The notes under the pieces are model-generated. The model had not been told where the DNA came from. It did no database searches and saw only the letters and a program-made list of their open reading frames with translations. A stretch of 63,009 nucleotides of DNA, filler included, from Polymyxa betae A26-41 (Eukaryota > Protista > Endomyxa: Phytomyxea): assembly GCA_003693705.1 (NCBI GenBank). It is 6 parts of 6 records of this genome, joined end to end, with 100 filler letters (N's around TTAATTAATTAA, not from the genome) between each part and the next. Parts side by side here need not be neighbours in the genome. Positions count along the whole stretch, not along the records: positions 38,525 to 56,273 come from RBZT01000437.1; 5 more parts are not named here. One strand, 5' to 3'. A program made the position numbers and the translations under genes. Below, in pieces: positions 38,525 to 50,996 of this stretch (position 1 is the stretch's first letter; every line of letters begins with the position of its first letter).

Positions 38525-38766
38525 CAGATTTTCTTTGCTGCAGATAGGGATTCGAACACAGTTCCAATTGACATTTCCCCAGCACAAATCACTTTAACTG
38601 GAGATATGGTTTTTTCAGGGAGGGGATCAGCGGAGCATTCCGTTACATCGCGATCTTCAGGCATGGATCCGAGATCAGGCGAGTGCGGTCCATCACAAAA
38701 GTCGACTTCTACGCTCCTCACATCCGTGCTGGAAAAGCTAAAGAGGTTAGCGACACGAGAGAACAT
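38525..38766 (-). pseudogene. MULE/FAR1-like transposase N-terminal fragment between gaps
   Basis: MSIGTVFESLSAAKKI resembles the MuDR/FAR1 GxxFxS DNA-binding domain start. Very short. Confidence 0.4.
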
Positions 38767-38963
38767 GACTTCAGACGGGATCGGGGGCAGNNNNNNNNNN
38801 NNNNNNNNNNNNNNNNNNNNNNNNNNNNNNNNNNNNNNNNNNAGTTAAAACTGCGACCGGTCGCAGACGTAGCAGGATCGAAGAAATAATATTTAAAATC
38901 GCCGCCCAAATATTTAGGTCCGAGCTGAATTTTGCTGTCCGAGCTGAATTTTGCAAAATTCAA

Positions 38964-39060
38964 GGGTATTTTTTGCAAAAATCCCGATTTTGCAAAATGG
39001 GCTTCCAAACACGTTCAACATCTTTTATTTTGCAAGATAGTCAATTTTGCAAAATATCCC
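38964..39060. repeat. Foldback/MITE-like inverted repeat rich in TTTTGCAAAA palindromes
   Basis: GGGTATTTTTTGCAAAAAT ... ATTTTGCAAAATATCCC with several TTTTGCAA(A/G)A copies. Confidence 0.55.
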
Positions 39061-39119
39061 CCGGAATTGTACAAAATTGCGAGTATCCAAACGAACTCTA
39101 GTCGATTTATTAGGATACG

Positions 39120-40545
39120 CAAATTCCTTTGACAAATGGTTTCGAGCACTTGAGGCTGCTTTGAGCCTTGCTGCTAGACATAATTTTAAATTAAACCTGA
39201 AGAAATGTGATTATTTTCACAAAAACAAAAATCGAGGCATTATGCGCTATACCACAGCCACGCAATGCGAGGGATCTACAGCAATTCCTGATGGCTGCGC
39301 AGTGGATGAGCAGGTCGATACCCGAATACAACAAGAAATTTCAAATATTGCAAAATATATTCGAGCGATGTATGAAGGGTCGGCCCTCAAGGACAAAAAG
39401 CATAGAACGACAAGTGAGGTTGTCGAAATTCGTCTGGGAGCACTAGCATGCTCTGGCTTTCGAAAAGTTGAAAACAGCATTAGTTCATTGCCAGACTGGC
39501 CTATCCACGGGACGACATGAGACAGAGCATGTTTACAGACGCCAGTGATGAAAATACATTGGGAATGGTGACACAAATTTTTGTTGATGATGAAAAGAAT
39601 CCAGTTCTGTCCCAGAGGCATGGACCAACAGGGTTTGTGGACATCGGTTTAATACTTCCGAAAAGAATTGGAGTGTAGCAGAAAATGACTGTTTTGCGAT
39701 TAAAGATACCATGCAAAAACTAGACTATTTGCTACAAATGAAGAGGCTTTGTAAACATTTTTGAGATCATAAATATTTAATATCTATATTTCCTCCAAAA
39801 TGAATATCAAAATCTACAGCACAAAGGTTGCAAAGATGGGCACTGGATTTGCAGAGGTTCCGGTATAAAATCGAGCATATAAGAGGTGAAGAAAATTATT
39901 GGGCAGATCTTATGACTCGCTGGGGCACTGCTGTAAAGTTAGACGGAGCAGAGGTCCGAACAGTACGACGCGTGTCAGTCAATATTCCGGATGAGGCCCG
40001 AGTCAGGCCGTTACAAAACCCAGGTTTTGTATGGCCATCGGTCGAGGAAATCAAATCCATCCAAGAAAAGTTCATCAAAAATAAACAAAGTATGATAAAG
40101 AATAGAGTTGGCCTGCAGGTTACTCAGCTGGAAAAATCGTCATTCCAGAAGAAACTGACGAACTGAAGATACGCTTATGCATAATAGCGCATGCAAGGGG
40201 CGATAGCGGTCATCTAGGATATCAAGCTACTGTACTGCCAATAAACTGAAAAAATTCTTTTATTGGAAGAATTTTATTGATGATATTAGGCAGATTTGCA
40301 AAGCATGCCTGCATTGCTTACCGACACGCGGTGGCACGAGGGAGCCGCGACCACTTGGTACGGCCGTCCAGGCAAATGAACCCACTGAGGTACGGCACAT
40401 GGACTGGATATATACCTGTCCCGCGCAGAAGAACATCTCACAACTACGAGTGGAATCTGATTTTGCATAACGATTTGTGGGGGGTATTGAATATCACGCT
40501 ACCCTAGGACACCTGATACTGAAGTAACCGGGGAGGCCCTGATGG
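39120..40545 (+). pseudogene. Degenerate Ty3/Gypsy pol (end of RT, RNase H, integrase)
   Basis: FKLNLKKC, LQQFL, FTDASD, LQRWALDLQRFRYKIEHIRGEENYWADLMTRWG, IIAH...SGHLGYQAT, CKACLHC. Many frameshifts. Same family as 52994-54257. Confidence 0.85.
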
Positions 40546-43510
40546 ATATAATGAAGATGGCGAAGATGATGATGATGTGATGATGGTTGTTCAAGGTTTT
40601 TGGTTTTTTCCACATAGTTTCAGTTTTGTTTATTAAATGTTAACATGATTGAGAGTTATGAAGATTGTGTAACGATGAGAAGATGATGCTGTTGTTGATG
40701 ATAGTTATGGTGATGAAAAACGGTGATGATGAGGGCGATATTGATGATATTGTTGGAAGTCTGAAGACGACTTCTCTTCTGACTTGAACTACGAATATTG
40801 ATCCTGAGGTTAGACAACTAATAACAGAATGAACAGTATTATTATGAAATGAGAATTATATAGGATAAACCGATAAAGCATACTAGGGGACTTCCATATA
40901 GTGTCAAAACTCCGCGGCGGACTTTCCACATACCAGTGTTCTTGCCACACTCCACAGTGTCAGCCCGGTCTCCCTTGTTCACCCTCGCAATTCAGGTTCG
41001 CCCGCCCTTCCTTGTGATGATCGTCTGGCTGGTTCCAGTTGCCAGGAGCTGCAGCCCTTAGAGAGGTCACCGGTTCATTTCCAGCAATAATATGGATGGT
41101 GATGATGACGACGGTGATGATGGCTGTTAAATGTATTTATCCAATTTTCTCTTTCTCGTTTATTTGTTCTTATTATGGTTGGGAATTATGAAAATGATTT
41201 CACGATGATGAGGTAATGCTGTTGCTTATGATGCTGATGATATTGAAAGGTGATGAAGACGGTGATTATGATGGTGATAGTGATGATGATGAGGATGGTT
41301 ATGAAGTTTTTAAGGATGATGGTGATGATGATGGTGATGACCACCGTGATGTGGCTCTTCAAGTATTTTACACATTATTTCAGTCTTGTTTATTAGTAAT
41401 TCTTAATATGATTGAGAGTTATAAAGATGCAGAAACGATCATAAGATGATGCTGTTGGTAATGATAATGATGGTGATGAAGACGGTGAAGATGAGGGAGA
41501 TAATGATGGTAATGAGGATGGTGATGATGATGATTGCTGATGATGGTGATGATATATAACGGCTATGATGATGGCGATTAAAGGCGTTTCTCGTGTATTT
41601 TTTTCTATGATTAGGAGTGATGGAGATGATGTTGTTGTTGATGATGGTGATGTGATGATGTTGCTGTTGATGACGAACATGCTGTAGGTGAGGATGCTGT
41701 CGATGAAAGCCACAGTTTTTGATTCTTGGTTTACTAACGATGTTTGGAAGCTCCAAAACCGGCCATCTAAACTCAACTGGCTATGTAACTGTTTGGACGA
41801 TTTACCAGTTATAATCATGTTTTATTAAGTTGATTTGATGATGTAAATATAAGGAAAATATATTTAATGTTCAGGCTTTTATAAATAAACCTTTCTGCAT
41901 TTGCGATGTCACTTACCTGTGAATTTCTGCAATAGTAGACCTGAAATTCCTGCTTCAATACTGCATTGTGCTGCAAACTCACATGCAGATCTGTTCTTGC
42001 GGGAGTCTGCGCATTTCTTGAATTTAATTGCTTTTTTGTGCAGTGCGTTCCGAACCTGCTATTTTGTGGGGCCATAGGCATTTTAGAGGCAGGTAAAAAC
42101 AGGCCTGTGCAGTTCCGGTGTCACCATCCTCATCATCCTCATCACCGCCGTCCTCATCATTTCCATCTTCCTCATCATCTCCACCTTTATCACCATCTTC
42201 ATCACCATCCTCATAATCTCCATCTTCATCACCATCTTCCACAAAACAATCTCATCACATCTCATCATCAACAATAACATCATCTTATCATCATCGTTAA
42301 CTTCCTTTTTTTCGCTCGTAACCATACTAAGAATTAATAAATAATTCCAAAATAATGTGATATGTACCCGAACAGCAATCAGCATCAACAGCATCCACCA
42401 TCATCATTATCATCATCTTTATCACTGCTAACCATACGAGTAAATAGTAAAGATACACAAAAAATGTGACAAATACCCTAGCAGCAATCATCATCTTCAT
42501 CACCAAACTTCATCACCATATCAATCACCATCTTCTTCATCATCTTCACGATCTTCATCACCATCGTTATCATCGTCACCATCACTATCATCACCATCAT
42601 CAGCAGCAACGTCATCATCATCAACAACAACAACATCATCTCACCATCACCAATAACATCATTATCACTCCTAACGACCTAACCATACTATGAAATAATA
42701 AAAATACTAAAAGAATGTGATAAATACCGTCGCGGCAACCTTAAACCGACGACTTGTTTCAATTTCCGACTCAATTTTAGAGGCCGCGCAGCGAATTTTT
42801 TTTTTAGAAAACATTCATATTTGATAGTGGAATTGTCCGATGGGACTTGAATTTTTTCACTGCGTGCTCCACTTAAGCAGCAGACCTCCATCTTTTTCAT
42901 GATAGGCATTTAGTATATGATTGTCTACCTACAATACCCCACTGTATGGACGGGGCTGCGCAGGAGGCTGCGCAGAAGCCCCGTACCAATGATTCTTGAT
43001 TTTCCCTTTACAAAATTCAAAAGTAGTCATTTTCATACACATAAGGACCCCCATCACAGAGGAGTATATCTGAGATTCCGCAAATTTGTTCTCGTAACTT
43101 TTCTCTATTCAATATGTCCTGCATAATAACGAAGAGTTTAGTATCATTAATCGATCATGGACCCTGCTGAGGAACTTTTACTCCGACCCCATCCAAAAGT
43201 CGGTTTAAGATTGCCGCGACGGTACCCTAACAGCAATCATCATCAACAACATCATCTCATCATTACCATAAATATCATCATCATTCATTCTTAATCATAA
43301 CAACAGTCAATAAACTAACAGAAACAAAAAATTCGAAAAATACCTCTAACAACCACCAAAGTCACCATCATAATCAGCAACATCACGTCATCGTCATCAA
43401 CAACAACAGCATCATCGGCAACATCATTCGATCGCGTGATCATTAAAGCACCTGGACATCATCTTGGTCGCAAGTACCGGCATAGCCGGTGCCATCATCA
43501 TCGCTATCAT
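40545..43510. repeat. Convergent low-complexity arrays: (GAT/GGT)n on plus at 40545-41705 and (CAT/CAC)n at 42120-43510, with recurring AT-rich modules
   Basis: Strand-asymmetric trinucleotide composition flips across a unique ~400-bp core. Repeated ~50-60 nt modules occur in both arms. Confidence 0.85.
42727..43222. mobile_element. Tc1/mariner-type MITE (496 bp)
   Basis: TIRs CCGTCGCGGCAACCTTAAACCGAC / GTCGGTTTAAGATTGCCGCGACGG (23 of 24 match). TA duplication at 42725-42726 and 43223-43224. Removal restores the local repeat module. Confidence 0.9.
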
Positions 43511-44267
43511 CAAAAGGTGACATCATCATTAATACCAAATCAGTATCGCCAATTGAGAGGAGTCCGGAACAGATACCAACACAGGCAGGGATGCGACTCG
43601 TCACCATTTGCTTGGTTTGGTGGTGTCTGACTGATAGAGCGACTAAGAAGGCTGAATTGGATAGCTATCTGAAAATGCACTTCTCACATTAATTTTTTTC
43701 GAGATTGTAGTTTACTGAGAGGATAATAAATTCCTTTATTTGTAAAAAAACTGATTAACGATATTCAGCGAATAGAAAATGTGGAACAGTGTAACAAAAA
43801 AACCATTGGTTTTTGTAACAAGAAAACAAACTGCAAAATGAGTTTCTCAAAGCATCAGATGAGATGCGCAGGAATTTGCATACTGAAAGTGAAGAGAGCA
43901 TATTTCTGCATAATCGCCCATTATAATCTGCGTAACGCCTGCGTGAAAAGCAGGAAAGTGCAGATGCGATTCTAAATGCGCAGAAATTGGCTGAACTTGG
44001 CAGGAATGGGAATGTTGCGGCAGGTTAAATCCGACATTGCGCGGTCCGGTGACCTTGTAATTCCATTTATCCGCACGGATATTTTTCCTCAATCGACAGT
44101 GCGGAATTGAGGATGTAGACCTTTTTCCTTGCTTGTATTTATACCGAGGGCAGCGGATAGTCCTGTAAGTTTTACAGGTGCTTCATAACTCAATAATATC
44201 ATTATTATATACATAACCCAACGTCATTCTCGTCCCTCATGGAACTTGTTTCTTGGAGAAGGCTGTG

Positions 44268-44648
44268 TGTTGGATAGCAGACCACGCTAAAGATTATGGT
44301 CACGGACTATCGGCGATCGGAACGGAGATGAACTCGGCCCGACTGAGGATTGGGCCCTGGTGATATATTATCAGATCAATACATTAATTCTACTATTTTG
44401 CCAATAACATTAGTTACGTAACTATCTGACAAATGCGTAGAAATTCGCATACAATAGTCCGTACGCATTGTTTGTACGCAGTCGTGTTGGATTGCAGACC
44501 ACGCCAAAGTTTCTGGTCACGGACAATCGGCGATCGGAACGGAGATGAACTCAGCCCGACTGAAGATCGGGCCCTGGTGATTAATTATCGGATCAAATCA
44601 TTCATTCTACTATTCTGCCTATAACGTTCGTTGCCTAACTATCTGACA
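44268..44648. repeat. Two direct 164-bp LTR-like repeats (44268-44431, 44485-44648) with a 53-bp spacer
   Basis: Both begin TGTTGGAT and end TATCTGACA, with equal length and scattered substitutions. Confidence 0.8.
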
Positions 44649-45049
44649 AAGCAGTGCAACCAAGGGTTTCGGGTCAATTGACAGTCCAGTTCGTCGTCTC
44701 TTTGACAAGTTCGATCATTGTGAGTCTTCAGCGAATTTCGAATTCTAACTCCACTCTTCGCCTTCTTGCCTGCAATTGCTTAAGGAGAGTTGTGCAGTTT
44801 GTCTCGAAACAATGACAGGTTCATCCCGCCGGTAGGTAACGTGTTTGTTTGGAGTGCGACAGCCCAAATTACGACGTTTCTTAAATGTCGTGAATGTCAT
44901 AGCCCTGTCCATCCTTTTTGTGGAAAAAGGTGTGGACGAGAAGGTCAAGGTCAACAAGTCTGGTGCTCCCGTTCTGGAAAAAGCGTTATTCGTCTCCAAA
45001 CGATGTTCCTCCGTTCGTTGAGGTCCGAGTTCCCAAAGTAGCGTGCGCA

Positions 45050-46030
45050 ACACGGAAATCGTCCTCTGAAATTACGCAAGATATGCCCCAGGCTACTTTG
45101 CAACGTTGCCTGGAGATTCCGAAAATTAAGCAGATTGAGCTTCGAGATTGGGCAAGAAATGAATTCGGACTTTAAAGTTTGAACCAGTTGGCAGTTTCTA
45201 AGATATAGGCAGAGTTTCGTTCTGAAGCGGCCAAGACCGGTAACTTAACGAACGAGCAGGTTAAGAAAATGTTTGAGCAGTCTCGGACAAAGCCTACCCC
45301 CCTCAAAAAGATCTGGCGCAATGGGCCAAGGGGGAGTTCAATCTCAATCCCCAAATACAACCTCTCGTTTTCAGTCAATGGGCCAAGACATCATCGCCGC
45401 TTTTAAAAAGTGGTTTCGTACTTTACAATTGGAGAGCGCACTTGGGCGATTGAACGAAAACAATACTGTCGACATCTACAAGGTCGATAATTGAAGGCAA
45501 TGAGATGCTGCCAAGCAGCTTGGATTGATAATTCGGCATCAGCAATTAATAACTGCTGGAGGCACTCCGGACTTCTGGTGGCGGGTGATGCATGCAGAGG
45601 TGTCACCCGGGCAGAGACAGAGGATGTTGATGCAAAGCTGTCGCATCTTATGATGCAGCTGGCCCCGCTACTTATCCCTGCAAATGAGTTCATTGAACTG
45701 GACGCTGAGATAGCGCAGATCCCGCTGGAAGAAAGTTGACGACAAAGAGATTTTGGCAATCATCCAAGCCGAAGAGCACGAACCGAATGATATTGTAATG
45801 CTCAACCCGCGAGGATTACTGTAGTGTGTCCGGGGAGAAGATCAATTCCCTTAAGGTCGTTATCGATCTATTTAAAGACGGTCCCCCAGGAAATTTTGAA
45901 GCACTAAAGGAGCTTCGACGCTGGCTTCTCAATTTGAGGTATGCTGAAGCCCAACGCAAGCACAATACCTTGAAGCAAACGTTAATTGACTCTCATGTTA
46001 GCCGTATAATTAATTCCTGAATTACTACTG
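45050..46030 (+). mobile_element. pogo/Tigger-like transposase pseudogene, internally deleted, with right end
   Basis: CENP-B-like IKQIELRDWARNEFGL, DDE_1 motif PNTTSRFQSMGQDIIAAFK, AAW...AINNCWRHSGLL. Ends ...ACTACTG|TA at 46030. Confidence 0.8.
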
Positions 46031-46139
46031 TAAATTGTGCGTGAAATGAAAAATCCGCGATGGTTTCATGTAGTTTTTATGCACTGTCCTGACAATCATC
46101 GCCATACCTGCTCGCAGAGCTCATGACGTTGTTGACCAC

Positions 46140-47160
46140 GCAGGAATGCAATCAGCTCTCTCATGAGGGATGATCAGAGAACGACGCGACTGGCCCAACT
46201 CTGTCTAGCTCGGTTAGTCTAAACCAGCGTCCCGACGCTGACCAGCTGTACCGTCTTAAGTTGATTGCCTTGGTGAAGCCATATAAAAATGCACAGGCTC
46301 GTTCTGGTGTTTCTTTAGGAGTACTTGAGATCAAAGTTTCAGCTCTCGAGGATTTCTCCACGGCTGATTTTGATGTTGCCTCTCAACATGCTCAAGGAAT
46401 TGCTGTTCCAGAGGATCAGAGCTTTTCGATGAGGAACGAGCCTCCTTCGTGCGAAGACTTGGACCTGATAGTTTCGTTTAAGCATCGAAATCACTATTAC
46501 AGTATAGAAAGTAAATTTAGATTCCTGTTCGCAAGATGTTGTTTTTTTGAATTGTATCACAGACATGTCTACATCCATTCTGCTGAACTGGACTGCACGC
46601 GGGCATGTAGTAGATTTCTTTATCTACAAATACGGAATCAACATTCAAACAGCTGCACACTATGCTGATTTTCAAGCCGCTGTGTTAGAGCCTGCTACAG
46701 TTGACCGTGCAGGAGCCGGGTCTAATGATGTGGGTTTGTCGATCATCAATCAGCTTCGAGACCGTTGGGGCACTACCTATGTCTCACAGAGCATTAATTG
46801 GCAGATATGGGCGAACTCAAAATCCACCGAGCCTGCCCACAGGCATGCGACTTTAGTCACCCAGCCACCCCCGATAGATATCATTCATCTATTCCGACAT
46901 TCTCCAACTGATGGAGATGCTATGATAGCTTTTTGCGACAAGACAACACCACTTCTTTGGCAATTTTGGACGATATCCTTCAACAGGTCAACGATTTCGA
47001 GGAGCAGATCTGCTCACGCCTGAGAGCTCTGCGTGGCAATTTAGAACGTCATCGAAGAACAGCCAGAGCACTCAGGAGCGCTTTACATCCCGAAGGAAGA
47101 CCAGATAGTCTGGCAATATTGGGAAATATTCCCAATATGACGGATCCCGACCATGCATAG
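46140..47160 (+). pseudogene. Orphan gene convergent with the IS630/Tc1 transposase (probable accessory ORF)
   Basis: ORFs 46261-, 46547- and 46933- join through a 52-nt GT-AG intron (46511-46562) and one frameshift (~46930). Motifs FIYKYG, VDRAGAG, WGTTY...WQIWAN, PPP...LF, then a coiled-coil tail. Confidence 0.65.
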
Positions 47161-47189
47161 TAGAAGGTTGCTATGATTAAAAACCTGAT

Positions 47190-48361
47190 TTACTGAAAAC
47201 CGAGCGACTGTGTATCATGGGTATCAGAATACGTCACTCCAGGATTAAACCTGCCATGTGGGCGAGACCCACAGTTCGCGAACACTTTACGTAGCGAGTA
47301 TGATTCGAACCGAGCAAGTGATATCGCTACCATCTTGATCAAGTCCTTAGGCGCCATGAAGCCTTCAGGATAAACGCGACGCATGTGTTTCTTCACATAG
47401 CCGAAGAAAAACTGAATAGGGTTGAAAAATGGGCTGTAAGCAGGAAGGAATATTGGTATTATTCCTAATGATCGGAGGTAATATGTGAAATTCGGGTGAC
47501 AATGGATTCGAGCGCCATCCAATACCCAAACAGATCGTCTGCCAGGATACTGCTGTACATTGCCAGAGAGCGCGAACTCCCGACAACATGCAATGAATCG
47601 GCTCCGATCGAATGTTCCATCAGTAACGAAAGTCTCTACCAGTCCATCACAATCGATGAAGCATAGCAAAGAAATTCGAGGCATTCGGTTAAACTCTCCA
47701 CGATAAAGAAGCTTTTGACCCTGTTAGCAGTGATACCAGCGAGAAGCTCCCACGAACTCGAAATCACATACCTTTACAGCATATCCACGTCGTCGAAGCA
47801 TTGCTCGATTGTCAAAGGAAACTTCGTCGAGAAAAGACAAGGTTTCGTGTCTCCAGTGTAGAGAAGTGAGCTCACGAAAGAATCTTATCACGTCTGTTAC
47901 AGGTATCTGCATAGCGCGACGCTCGATGACCTGGAATGACTTTTCAGTGGTTTGGCCCAAGCATACCCTGGCCAAACCTTGTACGAGAGATTCGATTCTC
48001 GCATTAGACGCCAGACGCTTGAGGTGCTAATGCTGAGATTCCAATAAAGCATGAAAGCGCGCCTTGTTTCATCAAGAAACGACAAAGAATGGTCCATAAT
48101 ATACCGAAAGATCCACTGGCGTTGCTCGCGGGAGAACTTAATGTCCGAGCCGCTCGACACTCTTCGAGAAAGATCACCATCAGTTTTATATCTCTCTATC
48201 CAACGCGATATACTTGATGTTCCCTTTCGATAAATCGTGGCAATACGGGCTATCGTAAATCCCAAGAAAAAATATGCATAAACAGCATGCTGCTTTGTAT
48301 TGACAGATGCTTGCTGACCATCCAGTGTTGCCAATAACCCATATCCTTGCCTCTCTCTCAT
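47190..48361 (-). CDS. IS630/Tc1-family transposase with two introns; third catalytic residue E to Q
   Basis: HTH (IARIATIY...SISRWI), FLDEVSFD, VLDGARIH, FLPAYSPFFNPIQ with 34 residues between D2 and Q. Introns 47931-47977 and 47721-47771 give a continuous frame. Confidence 0.88.
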
Positions 48362-48599
48362 GTTGCGATTAATATCGGCGGGGCCTCCGAACTTCCGCGC
48401 AATGCGAAATTTTTCTATCGGGTTGTCCCACTTCAACTAAGAATAGCAGTAGAATGTTTCATAAAAACATTCTCGCATAATCAATTTCTTGGAATATTGT
48501 ATTCATTATGAGATTTGAGAGAGTATTCATTAGTGCACATACAGAAACTGGAAAAATCGACAAAGCTATCATATAAACGACAGTATTATCTATGAGAGA

Positions 48600-48960
48600 A
48601 TTTAATTTGCGAGAGTCGCCGGTATCAACCATAGACTGAGCGGATATGCGCCGGTCACCGTCATGATTGGACAGCCTGCCGACAGACCAAAGGAACAGAT
48701 TTTTCGGTGTCCATCAAAAACACAGTTTGAGGTGGCGCCGCTTGATGAAGGGCGAATTAAGAAACATATTGAGGATTCACAAAAATCATTAACAGATAAA
48801 TATGCATAAAACCGCGACATTAAAATCTGAGGAACCGAGGAGATTAAAAAATGGTGTAAAAATATGAGGAGGAAAGAACCCGATTTTAGGGTTGGTGATT
48901 TTGTCCTAGTAGTCGATCCAGAGCGGCGAACTCTAGAGTACAGAAACCAGCGGTTCCGAA
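48600..48960 (+). pseudogene. Gypsy integrase C-terminal remnant
   Basis: RLSGYAPVTVMIGQP...PDFRVGDFVLV. Confidence 0.55.
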
Positions 48961-49199
48961 ATAATATTTGCCTGTAAGGAATCATTCTTATTTCTACACG
49001 AAAATAAGTTATTCTGTCACTTGCTGCTGAGGCTATAATTATTTTTGTCCCAGGAACGACAGGAATTACTTAATCTGCCTTGGCAGCAATAGTTCAATAT
49101 TATTCCCCTAAATATTAGATAAAAGTTGACGTAGTTTTCCCCGTTTGCCAGCAGTCCACACTCTATCATAGTAACGTAGCTATACTGACTGGCATTCAT

Positions 49200-50880
49200 C
49201 AGGGTGCTGAAGCCAGCCAGCAGCGGTAAATTGATGTCTTGCAGTCAGCTCAGTGTTGCTGGTAGCCACCGCTCACTGTTCCTGTGTGATGGTCAGATTC
49301 ACTTCTGAACCGCGAAGCTAGATCAACAAGGCGCGAATCACTTTCGTATTCCATTCTGCTGTTGTGAGATCAAGATGTCGAAAAATGACTCTGTCCCAAC
49401 GAAAGAAATTGTGGAGAAATTGTTTCAGCCATCTGAAAACCCTGATGAGTATAATTCCTGGGTTTGTCGATGTGAAAAAAAGGAAATGGCTGGTCCAAAC
49501 TCATGGAGCATGTCGTTCGCCATCATAGCGATTCTCAGGAGCAAATGACAAAAAACAAAAGTGGGCAGATCACTCATTTCTTCCGTAAAATGGAGAGGAA
49601 CCTTCATTCTTTGGCTGAATGGGTCATTAAAGATCTGTGGACATTGTCTTTTTGTAAAAACGGTACCACGCGGAGGTTCTCTCTATTAGGCAAGATTTCT
49701 GTTGAAATCATTTTGCAAGCCATGAAACGTCTGAATGGTGTTGTCCAAAACAAGATTAGATACATGTTGCTGTCTCAATTTGCGATATTGTTTGACAGCT
49801 GTAGTTCCGGAGGCACCCCTTTTCTTGCTGTTTTTTCCGTTTCCCTGATGCTGAATCAGAGCGTGGCTATACACGAGCGCTGCTGTCGTTCGCGCTGTTG
49901 GATGATGAAGAGCGCCTTGACGCAAATTCTCATTGGGATGCCGTCAATGATATTTTGGCTCTGTATGGGAAGAATTTCTTAAACGTATCATGTTACATTG
50001 CGGACAATTGCTCAACCAATCCGAGTTCGCTAAAAAGGCCAAGGTTTCTTCTTCGGGTGCGCCAGTCACCGATTGTATATTGGCGTTGAATTAATCTTCG
50101 ACCAGCATAGCGACATTGTTGATTTAATACCCAAAATGATGGTGACTCTGCGAACGTTGAAGGCTCGCGCAGCACTAAAAAAGAGAACACATCATTCGCT
50201 CATTCTCAGTAACGTTACACGATTGTAGTCTACGAAAAATATGATAGAGCGATATCTGCAATTGCTGCCCCATATTGACGATATAATTCCATTCGATTTG
50301 CAGATGGCACCTCGAAATACGAATGCGCCCAAGCTTTATGCCGATCCAAGATGAGAATCTTCAGCTTCATCAAGTCTGCGACTTCCTGGACGCTTTTTGT
50401 AGTTTCCGGAATTTGATGAACACCGTTCCGTATCGAGTAACGTTGTTTGCGACCCTGAATTCGAGTTAGCAATGGAAAATGTTCAGAAATCACAAATGGC
50501 AGGAGAGCCCCTCAGCCTTTCACGGAAAGAGAAGCCATCGATACAACATTTACTGAAACCAATCAATCATATTCCTGCTACTGACACAGCCGATCATAGT
50601 GCTGTCGAAGATGTTGACTTAACCGGATTTCGGCTGCTATCCGTCGCAAAAAACGAAAGATCGACTGCCCAAACGAAAGTACTCATTATTGATCTTTGAT
50701 TCATCCGTCCAACAACAAATGTTCGCGAGCGGATGTTTAGTACTGTTGGGTATATCTACTCCAAGACCCGGCAGTGCTTGCTGCCAGGAAATCTGCAAAT
50801 GCAACTTCCTTAAAGCATATGACCATCTATGGGACGAATCCCTTTTCATGTCTGTTTGTGAATTGATATTGGTTATTGCA
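49200..50880 (+). mobile_element. hAT element with decayed transposase
   Basis: CAGGG terminus at 49200. AEWVI...SFC, FAILFD, IADNCSTN, GCASHRL (CxxH), NVTR, PTTNVRERMFS...R..LLPGNL. Right TIR not found. Confidence 0.8.
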
Positions 50881-50996
50881 CAGTAAAACTTTCCGTAAAC
50901 TATGTCAAAAGCTGGCCAGTTACACGATTTTGAATTCAAAGTTTGGTCGGAGCAACCACCTGCTGAGCGTCATAGGCAAAAGTGGGTCCAAAATTA

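Noticed and set aside
41966-42693. His-rich and Met-rich ORFs
   Set aside because: Alternative-frame translations of (CAT)n/(GAT)n low-complexity sequence.
44268-44648. Repeat-spacer-repeat pattern as a CRISPR-like array
   Set aside because: Only two units of 164 bp with LTR-type ends; eukaryotic context and no cas genes.
46140-47160. Fanzor/TnpB as the IS630 partner
   Set aside because: No RuvC D-E-D motifs or CxxC zinc ribbon visible.
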